From the NCBI GenBank assembly GCA_002633005.1, contig NMRA01000017.1, positions 1,214,737 through 1,278,736 of the forward strand: a DNA stretch of 64,000 nt, given 5' to 3'. The DNA is from Phoronis australis (taxonomy: Eukaryota > Animalia > Phoronida). The notes below the pieces were generated by a model, which was not told where the DNA came from, did not search any database, and was given only the letters and a program-made list of their open reading frames with translations. This document shows positions 13,467-27,800 of this stretch, one piece after another; position 1 is the first letter of the stretch; each line of letters begins with the position of its first letter. Position numbers and translations under genes: made by a program.

Positions 13467-14460
13467 AAGACTGGTCTCCGTTTCATGAAACTATTTTAGA
13501 CTGAAAATGCTGCCATTCCATCACGTCACGTGCTAGTTTAACAATGCTGTTTACGTCATGCCTACAATCAAACCTGAAATTTAAACTTTCATGTATTTAT
13601 GTGACAATAGTTTGCAGTTGGGGATTTGTGTTGTAGACTATGTAATTATTTTCCACTGAGCATCAAAAATGTGTATTTCACCTCATCAGGCATACGTTTA
13701 GTTCAGTTACACATAAGATAACGATCAATTTCATGTAGGCAAAGGAAGGAAACACCCTTCTCCTAAGCCTGTCGCTAGCGAAGTGTCCAACACATACAGT
13801 CGCACCCGCATGCCCACGTAACAAAGGCACACTGAGACGCAACTAAGACATTAGCATAAGAATAACTGAACATTTGCAACTAAATAAGAATAACAATAAG
13901 CGTAAAGTTACGAACGTCCCGTCACATTTTTATTTTAGGTCACTTACCATATCTAATCCATCTCGTTCCTTACTCAGATTAGAAATGTTTCCTAAATTTG
14001 AGCCTAAGTGACAATTTGTATTCCTTCACACCAGGCTTCGCTCATTATGGTAAGTTAGTTTCAGGTGACAAAAAACACTTTGGCCGTTGGGGAATTTCCA
14101 TTTACAGCCAATTTCATTTCAAAGGATAAGAACACATTGGAACAGCAAACATGCTTACAAAGAAAGGTAACTGGGTATTACACCTAGCACATGGGTTAAA
14201 AGAGCTTACCCACGATCACCTGGTCTCTGATTGACGTTTCATTATGAAAAGAAACTAAGTCCTCTCAATACATTGGATCTGAAATTGTTCCTAAAATTAA
14301 GTTAGAGTGTGATTTTTTTGTGTTTAGCATTGCTTAGAAGTATTTTGTAAATTATTGCATCATGTAAACAGTCCTAATGAAGGTGAATATTGCAACATTC
14401 CCACTATTGTGGTTGGCTAAAATTCTGAGATAAAGATTAACACCATTTGATGATCCTCAA

Positions 14461-14466
14461 TTTATT
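14461..14466 (-). promoter_or_regulatory. Candidate polyadenylation signal (AATAAA) for the EVC-like gene
   Basis: tttatt on the plus strand is AATAAA on the minus strand, about 1.37 kb downstream of the stop codon at 15833, at the end of an AT-rich ORF-free stretch. Confidence 0.4.
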
Positions 14467-15832
14467 CAAACTATCTGTGTACATGAAACATGAAGTTTCA
14501 CATTGAGTATACATGGAAAACAACATTCTTGAATGCAACGAGTTCAAGATTGTAGGCGAAGACTCTTGTCAGATTTTTAACACCACATGACTAAACACTG
14601 AAAGAGTACATGTTGACTACTACAAAATATAGTAACATTCAAATTAAATTGCATTAGGAATGTAATAAAAACAATCACAGAGACATCAAGTTGCCGAGAT
14701 TCTTACCATATAAGTAGTTGAAATTTCATAAAAGGAATGAATGATATTTTTATGCAAGTCATCGACAACACAGCAAATGACATTCACTAAAATATAAAAA
14801 TAGTACGTTCTTTTACTTAAATGTGCTAAAATCAGCTTACTGAACCTGAGGAAATACCCTGCATCTCAACAGTAACATAATTTACAAGCAAACAGTATTC
14901 GAATGAAATAAGCTGCACAAAAATTGAAAATCACCAAACACCCCAGGGGGTGTGTTTCATGATAAGTGAGTTCAGACTTAAGTTATCAATTTAGTCTTGT
15001 GCCCCACAGAACTATTACTGAGAAATAATTAAATCTCACCAAAAATGCAAAGTTTCTGAGAATATACATATAACTTCTAGTTACTGACATTTCTGCCTCA
15101 AGTCTTACATTTCATGATGAAACAGATCCCACAAAACAGCAAATGAGTTCTACTACTCAGTAGGATGTTGATTTAAGGGTTGCAAATAAAGAGAAAAGTA
15201 ACAAAAAATTACGCATAAGACCTAACTTTCAACAAAATATCTTAGGACTTTTAAGGAATTTCACACTTTTTACCGTTACGTATTAATTCAAAAAGTTTTA
15301 AGTACACTTAAAATCTAAGATGTTCTAAGGTACAAATCACAAAAAATATTAAGTATCTCAACTATTTGGAAAATTATTCAATACTTTAATATCAGACAGA
15401 TGCAGCAGTGTATTAAACCAAAATCAAAAATCACAGATTGAATATTCATTCCATAACTTACAACAAACATTTCACTTAACACGTGCAAAGTGTTCTCACA
15501 ATGCAATTGAGCTTTTTACATTTATCTTTAATAAATGCAACTGTAAAAAATACTATTATTTTACATCACAATAAAAATAAAAAGTCTAATATCACAAACT
15601 CCTGGAGGTACTTGTATCAACTGGGAATATGGAAACGTGTTGCTGAATACAGCCAGTAACTAAATGAAAGAGTCGACAAAACATTTCTTCCCGTAAATCC
15701 TCTAGGGTTTAAATTTCGAAAAAACCCAGCAGGATCCCATTTCCAGGTGAGGACCAGAAAGAGGTCTATTTTTCACCATATATGAGCAACATACTGCCTG
15801 GCATCAAACAAGTACGTGATAGTAAAACAGAT

Positions 15833-18800
15833 TTATTTCTTTCCAGACTTAAGTCGTTTCTTTCCTGCACTACTTTTGGGCCTAGATTTAGGTTCTTCAT
15901 CTTCTTCGTCTGTAAAGCAAAGTAATTTCTGTCAAGTACGTTAACATAAAAATGGGATTAGTTGGAAATTAATTATTTAATTAATTGAGTGGAACATTGA
16001 GTAGTTGTGTGAGTGCGCGTACCCGCGTGTGTACATGCATGCATTTGAATAGTATTACAACTTCTTATTTCAATTGTCTGTTTTGTATTTTTAATAAATG
16101 ATTGAATAATAAAGCACAACTCCAATTTACATTTGCCTCATAATATTAAATCCTAAGACAAAAACACTGTTGAAGTTTCTCTTTGATTCTCAACTGCAGT
16201 TACCTTCAGGCTCTCCACGGCCGCCGTATGACGATTTGGCTCTCTTTACTTCTGTTTTGAGCTCTTTTGCCAACTTTTGTGCAAGCTTCTCATCACCTCC
16301 GCCACCTGGTGTGAGATGTAAAAACACAACAGAATCAATGCTTAAGATTCCAATTACTCCTATCACTAAACTGTTTTAGACAGTCACAGTAGATTACACA
16401 CACTGGCTGTCATTGTTCACAGATTTTAAAAGTCTGGAATGCACGCCAGCTACCGTACATGAAAGACAGAATACCAAATTGTGACAATATATATATTTTC
16501 ATGATGTATTCCCACCTTGTCGGTTATGTGATAGAAGCTCACAACACCGAGCAATGCAATAGTGACATCACTGAAAGACCTCAAGACATCCCGAACATAT
16601 TGCTTGTTCCCCTCCGCCCTAACTGGGTAGGTCAATCATGAAATATTCCACTATTCTACTTCTCATGACTGGGGTGAATTCATTTTTATAGAAAAAAATA
16701 CAATACTATATTTCCACATCAACAATTGAAAAAATATTTATTTTCTGAGATTGCAAATTAAATGCTTTGAGTCACACACATATTATACCATTTGTTGTAC
16801 AACAGGGAAAACATTCATTTAATGTGAACCTCACATATAACCAGTAGCATAGTGTATCCCTTAGTTTCAAGTCTATATGTAAAGCTACTTACCCACGACT
16901 GCATTTTCTACCACTTCGTTGATATCAGTCTTGGACAAATTACTGGCAGCTGCAAGGTGAGCAAGGAACTGCTTCTGTTGCTCCTATGATAGAAACACAT
17001 AGTACAGTACAGTACAGCAAGATCTAGCACAGTACAACACAGTACAGTACCACATGATGGCTGAGTGAAACGGGATGAATAGTACTGAAGTGTTGGTAAA
17101 AACGCATAGTACATTGCAGCACAGGAAGGCCTAGCACAGTACAACACAGTACAGTACCAGATTTTGACTGAGTCTAACAGGCCCAGTTCACCTACCTCCA
17201 CATCCTGCCTCATTTTATTCTCCAGTCTCTTGTTCTCCACCTCCAGCTCCCTCTGTAGATCAAGTTCTAACTCTCGCTCTAGGTCAGCCATGGCAGCCTT
17301 GTGTTTCTGGTCCATCAGCATCTGCACCAGGATGTTGGATGCTTTCCTACAAGGGTTACCATCGCAACAATATTCACCAAGACTATAACATGCATTTGTC
17401 AAGTGGTACGATGGTTTTAACAAACACTGCAGTTAGCTATCTGTCGCAGAGTGAAAACCAGTTAACTTTTAAAAGATTGATGAATCAATTCATCGCCTGA
17501 ATTCACTAATAATTAAAAGAACATCATCAGGTTTACAGCCAAAATGCGTTTAGGGTTTATTATTGGATGGGAGACACTTCTTAAAGTTATCAACTTTGAC
17601 CAGTTAGAGTAATAAAACAACAAAGTCCAGATTTAATGATTTTAATACAAATCATCAATTCTCGCCATTGTGTGCCAGACATTCGCTCAAATCAAGGCCA
17701 GCGACTATAACAGTTAAATACCATGCTACTTTATCATGCAGAAAATGAGGCAGCGACTGCAAGGGTTGCAAGTTTGATCCCGTGCTGAGGCTGAAAATCA
17801 TTTTCTTGTCGATAATGTCCTTTTAAACCAGACGACTGCATTCCAAGACCCCACAAGATCGTCACGAAAGCTCATCAAATACAACAACGGTAAGACCAGA
17901 AACATGTGCAGTATCCTAAGCCATCATCAGTGATCACTAATTTCAGACACAGTCACGGTACATGTAGTAGTCTGACCAATGCATATTTTTCTCTACTATC
18001 CTGTTTCACAGGACACAACACAGCTCCTAGTGCTTCCATTGGTGTTGAAATGGTAACCAGTATGTTTTAGACAATAACTGATAATATAACTAAGGACATA
18101 AGCTAGTTTAAACACTCACCCTGCTCCCCTCTGTCTCATAGCCTCCCACTCTTGTTGACTTTCAGCATCTATGGTCTCTTCTATTTCACTGAAATCAAAT
18201 GAGACTGTCGTGCAAGTATATTGCATTGTGCTTTGTAATTGCTAATAGACAGTAAAGGTCAAATGATGCCTACATCTTAGGAATTTGCAATCATTCCCTC
18301 AGGGAACTTTTGCCTTCAATCAGTAACAGGCATGCAGCATTGATGTGCTACAGCACAAATTGAGTCAGGCCAAAATCGAAAATTGCAAATTGGAATAAAT
18401 CAGTTAAGCAGTAGTGAATCCTGTTGATGCAATTGATGAACTCCTTTCTGACGTTAAGAGGTGTAATTAGGAAAGTGAACTCGCCATACTAAAGAACCAA
18501 AACAAAGGATTTCACCACAAAACATGAACCAACCATGGCTTTCAAAGATTGCACACAAAAAATTTAATGTAGAAAATTTTCTTTTTGATCTTTAATGAGC
18601 ACAGCCTCAGAAATCACTTTTGCATTATATTCAGGTTCTCATTTATTCCCTTGCATACGTTCACTGGTAAGACAAAGCTTAGAGGAGTAGGAGAGACCTA
18701 TGTGCAATGCTCAATTGTTAGCCAGTAAAGCCAAAATCTAAACCCGGTTCTCCCAAATGGGAGTCCGGTGATCGAACCACTGAGACACACTGTCTCCTCA

Positions 18801-21800
18801 AATTTTCTTTTTTCAAGTACTGATTATTACATTGTGAAACTGCTCAAAATTTCACCAAAGGTTTTGTTGTACAATAGGTGTTCAGTACAAATTATGCTAA
18901 TGATGATTTCAAGTTTTCTTAACACACGTTTTCATTGAGGAATTTGCTAAACTGAAAAGTGTAACACCAACAGAAAATTACAAAATAGTTGAAAACAACA
19001 AAATAACAATTTTTTTATCAATCTTAAGACATTCTACAGGAATAAGTCATTACGCAGTCATTCCATGAAAATTTCAATTTGAACACTAAGCCATACAAAA
19101 CCAGGACCACACTAAATCAAAGGCAGAACACAAAATTACCCACCGTTCCCTTTTCAATTTCTTAGCCTCCAGCCTCTCTCTCAGCAGTTTCTCCTGGCGC
19201 ACCTTGTCCTCCTGGAGTTTGTCCGTCAGATACTCTACCTGGTTGTGGTGTTCCTGTAGGATCTGATCAGCACCCTTCAGAGACATGCTGTTCTCTGACA
19301 CCTTATTGGTCAGCTGATCCTGGAGTTCTTCTAAGGTCTTGTTTTGTTTGGCGATGATGGCTTGTCGACGGGCCTGACCAACCTAGAAAAGGGTTCCATT
19401 CATGAGTCTAAGACAGCTTTGTGCTCCGTTGACCATTCACAATATAAAGAAATTACCTTTTGGAACATGCATTGAATGTATCTGCTCGTTATATTGTACA
19501 GACACATCAAATCATATCTCAAAACCCTAGCGATGTGCCTTGTCGAAGGAAAAATGTTTCTTGCATGAACAGAACTATAGACTTCTTAAGTACTGGCAGA
19601 GGATACACGGTTCAGCCGAAGCAAATGAAGCAAATTGCAAGTCTTGTTTTCGCATCGTAATTTTCCAGTTCTCAGAAACAATTACTGTAGTTACGCATTA
19701 ACTTTCACTTGATGAGCAACAGTCACTATATTAGTTTTACAACAAAAGAAGAAAAAAGTACCACTACGCAACGATGTTTAACCCAACTGTCTTGTAAAGC
19801 AGACAAAACTCGAGCTTCTAAAACCATCTTAATATTTTAAAGATGGTTCAGCGCTTTTCCAAGCATGGCGCAAGATTTCCAAACATAGCTCAGAGCTTTT
19901 CAAACATGGTGTAGTAAACTGCTATGGCTGAAACAGACTGTCCACTGAAAAGTATTAAAGAATAGAATTTTTTTGCAAGTTTTAAAGTTTCTCTTCCTTT
20001 CACAAACATTGGTCTGGTCTACACGCCACCTGTTGGCAACATCACGTGACCTAATGATTTGCATATTTATAGTTTTCTTCTTTCTTCAAAATTCAAGAAA
20101 ACAAATTCACACATCCATTGAACTATTGCAGTCTGTCTCTTCAAATTCTTAAACTGAACAAGAAAAACTTGTTCTCCCACTACGAAAGAATGCTTGAAAT
20201 TACATGATCTGTGGTTTTCAACAAAGACGTTGCTTCAGATAATGACTATCGAAACACCAACCTGCAGTCGACCAATCAGAGCGCCAAGTTTTTCATCCTG
20301 TTCCTTCAGTGCAGCCTCATTTTCAGCAGCCAATCGCTGCCTCAGGTCAGCGATTGCATCCAGACGTTCCTGCTCCATTCTCTGCTCTTCCTGCTGGATT
20401 TGTTGTTCCTATGGAAACAAGGTAATTGAGATTAATGAAGCAAACACTACAATTCTTGCCAAGCCACAAAACATAAGCAGAAGCAGACATTGCATTTAGT
20501 GAAATAAAATTGCAAGAAAAAAATAAAAGCAATCTTGTTATGTGCTAACTATACTTGGAGCACTGTAAACAACACTACCACAATGAGTGCCCATTATAGT
20601 TTAAGAACTTGTTACTAGGGAGAGCTACAGTAGTCAACGTTAATCATAAGCAGATGGGTGTGAGAAACAAAAGGTGTAGCGTTTAGGCAGAATTGCCTGC
20701 CACTTGGTACTTACCACGCTCTCCACAAATAATCAAGTGCAAGTTTTAGCAAAATCTTTAATGACATTAGATAGACAAAAACGAAAAAACAAATTGCCAC
20801 CACTGACCATGTTCGCTGCACTAGTTGGAAATTTTGCTAGAAACTTACTAATTCCTTCTCAAGTTTCCCTTTCTCCTTCTCATTCATCGCCTGTTTTTCC
20901 AGCTTGGCCACTTCCTGTTTCTGTTTCAGCTCTGCCACCTTAGCCTTCCTGGCATTCAACTTAGCTTCAAGTCTACACAGGAACAGTGAACCAAGTGGTA
21001 TAATGTCATCAAAATAATGACTAATGGTCTTTGACAAAATATGGGCCCGGAATGATAAGTCTATATTCAAGATTGTAGCTTGAACTTGCATGCTAAGTAT
21101 GAAATTGTTCTACATACTCATCAGATTACGTAAATCACTATAAACTCAAGCACAAAATCAAACACAAGCACTTATCTTGAATTCAAAGTTAAATAAAACA
21201 GAACAAATAACAACCAAATTGGGGTTTGAAGATTGGATTACAGGCCCAAATTTCTTAGCACATAATGACGCTACATTTAAGTCATTTAATGAAAAACAAA
21301 ATTATAACAATATACCACAAAACAAATCACAACTATTTACTATCTAGGTTACTATTTAATTGAAATTCCTGCAGGTTTAGTGCTGGGAGTTGATTTCTGA
21401 GTAGACATGTCATTCATTGTTATTTGTCGTACGGTATTTTGAACAAAAGTATCTTCTTCTTGAAAGTGGGAATAAAAGTCAAAACTCAAAGATTGAAGCC
21501 TCACAAGAGTTTTACAACTCACATGCACTCAGTTGCGTCTTAGGGTTATTGCACACCTTTGCTACCAAGGGTCATACTTTTTTAAAGACAATTCAGTCAT
21601 TTTCTTCAATGAAATTACCGAGGTCTTGATTGTCGACAATTGTGATTTTGGACTAAATTGGCATTGCTAACTTTTCTCAAACACCCCATTGTACCTAACA
21701 GAACACAGAGATAGGATTTTTAAGTTGCATGTGAAATTTGCCATGTATATTGCAGCCATGACTAACCCCGTGCCAAACTCGAAAAAAATCATTTTTAAGA

Positions 21801-24800
21801 AAATCAAAAAAACACAATCACGTGACTATGGGTAATAAGGGATTATTTTTGTGCGCACAGCAGGATTTGAAACAATATGGTTTCTATGGGTTTGATAAGT
21901 TACATTTTAAAGAAGTGTGACCCTTGGTAGTGAAGCTATCCAGTTCTTTCCCTAGTGTCATGCTATGTTGTAGAGCATGAAATAAATGAACCACAACAAA
22001 AATGACAAGAATAAATGCTTGGAACTTACTGCTTTCTTTGCCGTAGACGACTCATGTTCAATTGATTATTCATGGCCTGCATGTGTTCATTGTGCTCTAA
22101 AAGGATTCTGTTCTTGGCACTGAAATCATTTGGTAACAATAAGTTAAAGCCACCACATTGCTAGAGATTGTACAAATTTGACTGAGCACAGTAACGTAGG
22201 ATATATGTGTCACAACTAAATGAATTAAAATACGTATTGAAATGCCGTTCTGTTACCGACGGTTTTAAGTCAGCCGCTAAAACAGTATAAAATAAAAAGA
22301 CGAACGTTGGTACTAAAATCTATGAAAATATTTGCCATGTTTTGAGCGGTGTGCTCTTAATCAAGGGTACCTTATACTGTTTTACACAACTACACAAGTT
22401 GATATTATAACCAGTGTTTGATGTTAAAAAACATAACATACTGATTACAAAGCAGCAAATAACCCATTAGTAATAAAAAGAAGTAATGGTGAACATTTTC
22501 AAAAAGATGTTCACTCGTCTAATAGAATATTCAGATCAGATCAGGACCATCTCAGTCTATATTTCAAAATCATTATCTCTGAATTATTAACAATGAAAAG
22601 ACATTCAAGTGAAATACTTTAACTTATACTGCTTGGCCTTACTGTTTTGTCAAAGCCACAGAGTTCTTTTGCCCACTTAACGGTTTATTTATCCACCAAA
22701 AGCTAGTGGCACATGATGTAGTTATTTGTAAGTAATTAGTTTCCCAAAAATAAAAGAAGTTCCAGCTCAATTTTCCAAATGGCCAATTTCGCCTTAAACA
22801 GTTCGAGCACCTATGGTAACAAAATCTTCAATTTGGTACAAAACTTATTGCTAAAATTGGCACATTTCTATTTTCAGGGGCTTACCACATAGTTAGTTGC
22901 GAATGCTCAAAGCTTCACCAAATGCTGTTTGGTAAAAGTTGCGCCATACAAATTATGTTAAAGGCAAACTATATTTTCTTGAAAAGTTATTTTTGTTGAG
23001 AAATTTGACAAAATGAAATTTTACCTAAATGAAGAACTTTTACCATATGTATACAAGACAACAAGTTAATGACTGCATCTTCAGTGGACACGTTCTTTTA
23101 GGGTCAGGTAAATTTAACTGAAAAAGCAATCAAACAGTGCCTTCTGTCAAAAACAGACCTTTGATTTAGGACACTGTCTTAACACTGCTACAAAATTGAA
23201 CTTTTCTTGTTCTTTACTCAGAAATGATTTCAGGTCATGCTAAGTTGCTTATCATGGGGGTTAAATTTTGTTGCCAAGACTGTATGGCAATTGGGATTTC
23301 CAGACGATTCATTAACAAAACTGAATTCAAACGAGGGATAAGAACACAGTGACATTGCTTCAGAAAGGAAAATACGCTTGTGAAGAATGTTGATGTTTTT
23401 GACATAAGAAAATGGTTAAGAGCAGCTTTGAATGACTTAGATGACTAAACCCTACTCTTCAGTCAGCTCCAGCTGTTGATCCAAGGCAATCTTTAGTGTA
23501 TTTTCTTGCTTCTCTCGGGTGCTCTGTTCTTCTGCCTGGTTCTTCAGATCTTCTTCTTCAATCTTCTGCTTCCTCTGAGCCAGCTTCTCCTTCAGTTTGG
23601 CATTCATCTTCATCCTCTCCTCTTCCTTAACACCTGTAATTTAAATGGTGGCTTCAGCGGATGTTGAAGTCCTTCTTCCCTTTTCCTTCACGGACTACTT
23701 GAAAGGATAACAACATTGTGCCACGCCTGTGAGCAAATTAACATCGCATACTTTGAGATAGCGACCTGCCCTTTAGGAGCTCACTAATTTAATTGTCACA
23801 GTGAAAGCAATCAATTCAAAACCATGTGATCATCTATTGCGCTCAAAATTGAGATCTCTGTCAAAGAACCATTTATTTCAACCAAACTTATCCATAGGCG
23901 GATTTAGTGGGGGAGGCCCAGGGGGCCGGGGGCCCCCCCCCCCTTGGCTGCCGCAAAAAAATAAAACAGCAAGAGCGTTAAGGGAAATGTTGAGTTTATT
24001 AATTTGCCCCGGTAATTAAAATTATACGGATGAAAAAAAGATTTAAACGTGAGCAGTTTTAGTGTTGGGNNNNNNNNNNNNNNNNNNNNNNNNNNNNNNN
24101 NNNNNNNNNNNNNNNNNNNNNNNNNNNNNNNNNNNNNNNNNNNNNNNNNNNNNNNNNNNNNNNNNNNNNNNNNNNNNNNNNNNNNNNNNNNNNNNNNNNN
24201 NNNNNNNNNNNNNNNNNNNNNNNNNNNNNNNNNNNNNNNNNNNNNNNNNNNNNNNNNNNNNNNNNNNNNNNNNNNNNNNNNNNNNNNNNNNNNNNNNNNN
24301 NNNNNNNNNNNNNNNNNNNNNNNNNNNNNNNNNNNNNTTTCACGTGCAAACGCTGTGGACCATAAACAAGTAGGTCTCTTAGTTTCTATTTGTTAGAGAA
24401 ATCGTGGTGGTGTAGTGGTAATGCTCGCGCGTCCTGTCAGCCAGGTCGTGAGTTCGAGTCTGAGAAAGTGTAATTTTTCCTGTGTGACACGTTTTTTTTC
24501 CCTTTTTTTCTTGGATAATACATCAGAAATCAAGGAAATGCTTGATTTTTAGAGGAAAAAACAGAAAAATTTCCTGGGCGGGAGGGGGGCAACCCTCCCC
24601 CCATTCGGTGCTGTGTGCATCTACAATCGTGGTTTGCGCAAATGCTTACAGCCGGACAAAATGTTGGGGCCCCCCCTTGTGATATCCTAGATCCGCCACT
24701 GTTATCAAAGTAGAAAAACAGTGAACAAACTCTAGATGCTAAATTAGCAAGCAGTCCTTAAGCATGGGAGTTGAAATGACACGAACACTAATTATTTGAA

Positions 24801-27800
24801 TTAAGTGCTTAGGTGCAATGTAAAAACTGGCATTATGTACATCGTTATGCTGAATACATTATCAACATGAGTATGACAATTACTTACGTTCAAATTCTTC
24901 AGCTTGTTGCTGACCAAGTTTCATCAAGCGAGAGACATCCTGTTTTGAAAGTTCAGCTTTATTTTCCACGTCTTCCATGAGAGTTGCATCTTCCTTATCA
25001 AAAGCTCTTTCTATTTCCTCATTTGCTTCCTAATAATGAGCACCAATGTCATAAATTTAAGTTGTTTTGCTGCACGGTATATTGATTTCTCACTAATTTA
25101 GAACAATATGGCGAGAAATTGAAATCAAATAAATTCTTAATTTAAAAATTTCATTTTCAAGTTCTATACCAAAGTTACCATCAAATGATGTTTACATCAA
25201 CAGTAGAGATTCACAAAAAGCATTTGATAAAATGAAAAATTATGTCAATTTCTGCCATTATGAGATATTACCGTAACAAGAAAACATGGGTGGGGGCTGA
25301 TTTAGTGAAATGTTGAAACATTGTGGCAAGTGACCATAGCTGAGGGGGACAGGTTGGCAGGGAGTGAAAATGTGGCGACTGGGGATTGACTAGGGCTTCC
25401 AATTTCTTTGAGGCCCCGAGAAACCTTAATCCAGCATTATGCAGTAAAATACAATTCAATCAACAGCATTACTAGAGTCCTAGAACTTGAACCAAAAAAC
25501 TAGAAGCCATTCGCACCTTTCTAAGAGTTCTGATTTCATCCAACTCTTCGCTGTCCAGTTCATTAATCAAATTGTCTCGTTCCATTCTTTGCTGCTGGAG
25601 AAGATCTTGATAATTCTGAAATGACAAAGATGCCACCAATACAGAAAATGTACTCAATGAGTACTGTTGTTTTCAGAAAAATTGACAAATTTTGCTTAAA
25701 TTAGTATTACTTTGATGAAAACCAAGAAAGAGACCAGACAAAAATTGCTATTAAAAATAAGTGAAATAAACTGTCTTCAAACTTTGCCAATTGTCAAAAA
25801 GAAGACATTTCATCAACATTTTTTGAAATCTACCAGTGTTCTCGTCTGTCTTTATGATTTTTTTAAGTGTCATAGATCACCACTCTCACATTTTGACCAT
25901 CTGCCTCAAATTTTATTTCACCAATATTTTTTCCAAGACAGGGCTTGCTGTTATCTCCCTGTCTTTCACCAAACTGGCTGTTAATTATAAGTAGTCAACT
26001 GAGAGGCAGCAGAAGCCAACAAGCTGAAACTTTTGAGGGATAACCAGCTGGAAGCACTTAAGGTTATATAGGATCCTAGAAAAGTGTCCAAATTTGGGTA
26101 ACTTCTAGACAGGGTATCTCAGAAATGGCTGTTTGGATTCACATGAACCTTTCAGATACTATGCTTTATTCACTGTTTCCTAAAATATTGATAACGTAAC
26201 TTTTTTAAATGTTCCATTTTTCATGAGGAGATATGGACTTTTATGATATTCATGAAGAAAAGTGAAAAGTAGCATAAAACGAAAGTGAAATGATAATTTA
26301 GCAATTTGTAACAGTGTTTTTGAGATTTCTTCTTGAACATTTGTATCAAATGAAATTTGGTCATTGTAAATGATCTTACTGTTTTGCTACCAATATACAT
26401 TTCTTTTTTTTGCTAATTTCGCTAATAATCAAATTCAACAGTCTTTCTGCTTTCAGAACATACTTTTATGAAGGCTGAATACACATACTTGCCAATGAAG
26501 TCCTACAAAACATTAACATTGCACTGCATCGTTTGTTATCAGGTGCCTGCATGCTTAGATAGTCATCTGCAGTTAATTGCACTGGAGAATTTCAATAGCA
26601 CTTGTAACTAACAGTAAAACAAACACAAAATATTTAAGGAAACATTAGGGTATTTGGAAAGTAAACAAAAATTGATATAACCCAATTCTGACACCATACC
26701 CAACAGAAGGCTAGGATTTCTGAAAGTAAGTTTCCCACATGACCGAGTATGATGGGAATTAAACGGAAACTTAGTAAGATGACTAAGCCACACTGCAAGT
26801 TGAATTTTGCAGCCATAATTATGACAACAAGTCACTTTTGCTGTTCACAGTTATAGCCATCACAGCAGGTAAATGACATTTTAACAGAATTAATACTGTA
26901 TTACAGGACACTACAGCTTACTTGTACAGAGTCTTTGCCAGTACTCTTATCTGTTGTGTTAACAAAGGCCTCTCGCTCCTGTTTCTGTTTTGCTTCCAAC
27001 TTGCGAAGACGTAACTCACTCTTCTTCTTCAACTTTTCAGCCAATAACAACTTCTGCTTTTGCAGTTCTGCAAATAATATAAAGGCGGCATGAGGTGAGA
27101 TATAATCAGTTAAAGGACTTCACTTACAAACAGAAACTGAACAGGGCAGACCTAAGGGAAAACAGCATAGTTCTAGCAAGGAGTGTAGTAGTATAGGAGA
27201 GTTCACTTATGAGTTCGCTGTTACCGCTACTACTAGCGCCGCCAAGTGGTGAACAAGCAACTCTCAACCAGGAAGCGCCAAAACAATGGGGAAGGACGCA
27301 TTTTGCAGTGTGATAAATTTCATGAATTCATCCACGAAAACTCCAGACATGTCATTTTTTAGGTTTCCTAAGGATCCCGAAAGGTAAGGATTATCTGTTA
27401 TTCAATAAAGTGATACATTGGCTTTCATTTTGTGTGTTCTGTTCACGGTTGTGTCTAGACAAGTCGATCACAGTCCCGTTGCCACAGACACTGTTCTGTT
27501 GTCTGCAGAGTAGGCTATGCCTACTGTATAACCGGGCTGCCGGCGGAAGGACTATGATGAACGTACGATGTGATCGTCAGCTTTTTGAATACTTGCAGTC
27601 CATCAAATCCAAATCCAAATGTCACCCGTACGATCGCAGGGACAATTTTAGGAAAACATACCCATGCCCATGATGGCCATGAGTAATATGACTGGTGACA
27701 CAGCCATGGCACAATCACAGCCACAGGGCCACTAAGTCTGTCATGAGTCAAGTTAGCGAATCTGTGGGTCTCGGTGAAAAGGTGAAAAATCCGAACATAA

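Larger units (their letters stand above)
23893..24701. mobile_element. Non-autonomous hAT-like element with 5-bp TSD, spanning the assembly gap and carrying a tRNA-like segment
   Basis: Ends CATAGGCGGATTTAG...CTAGATCCGCCACTG with subterminal gggccccccc runs. Flanked by ttatc on both sides (23888-23892, 24702-24706). Confidence 0.7.

Noticed and set aside
24049-24396. Three ORFs made mostly of X
   Set aside because: Artefacts of translating through the N gap.
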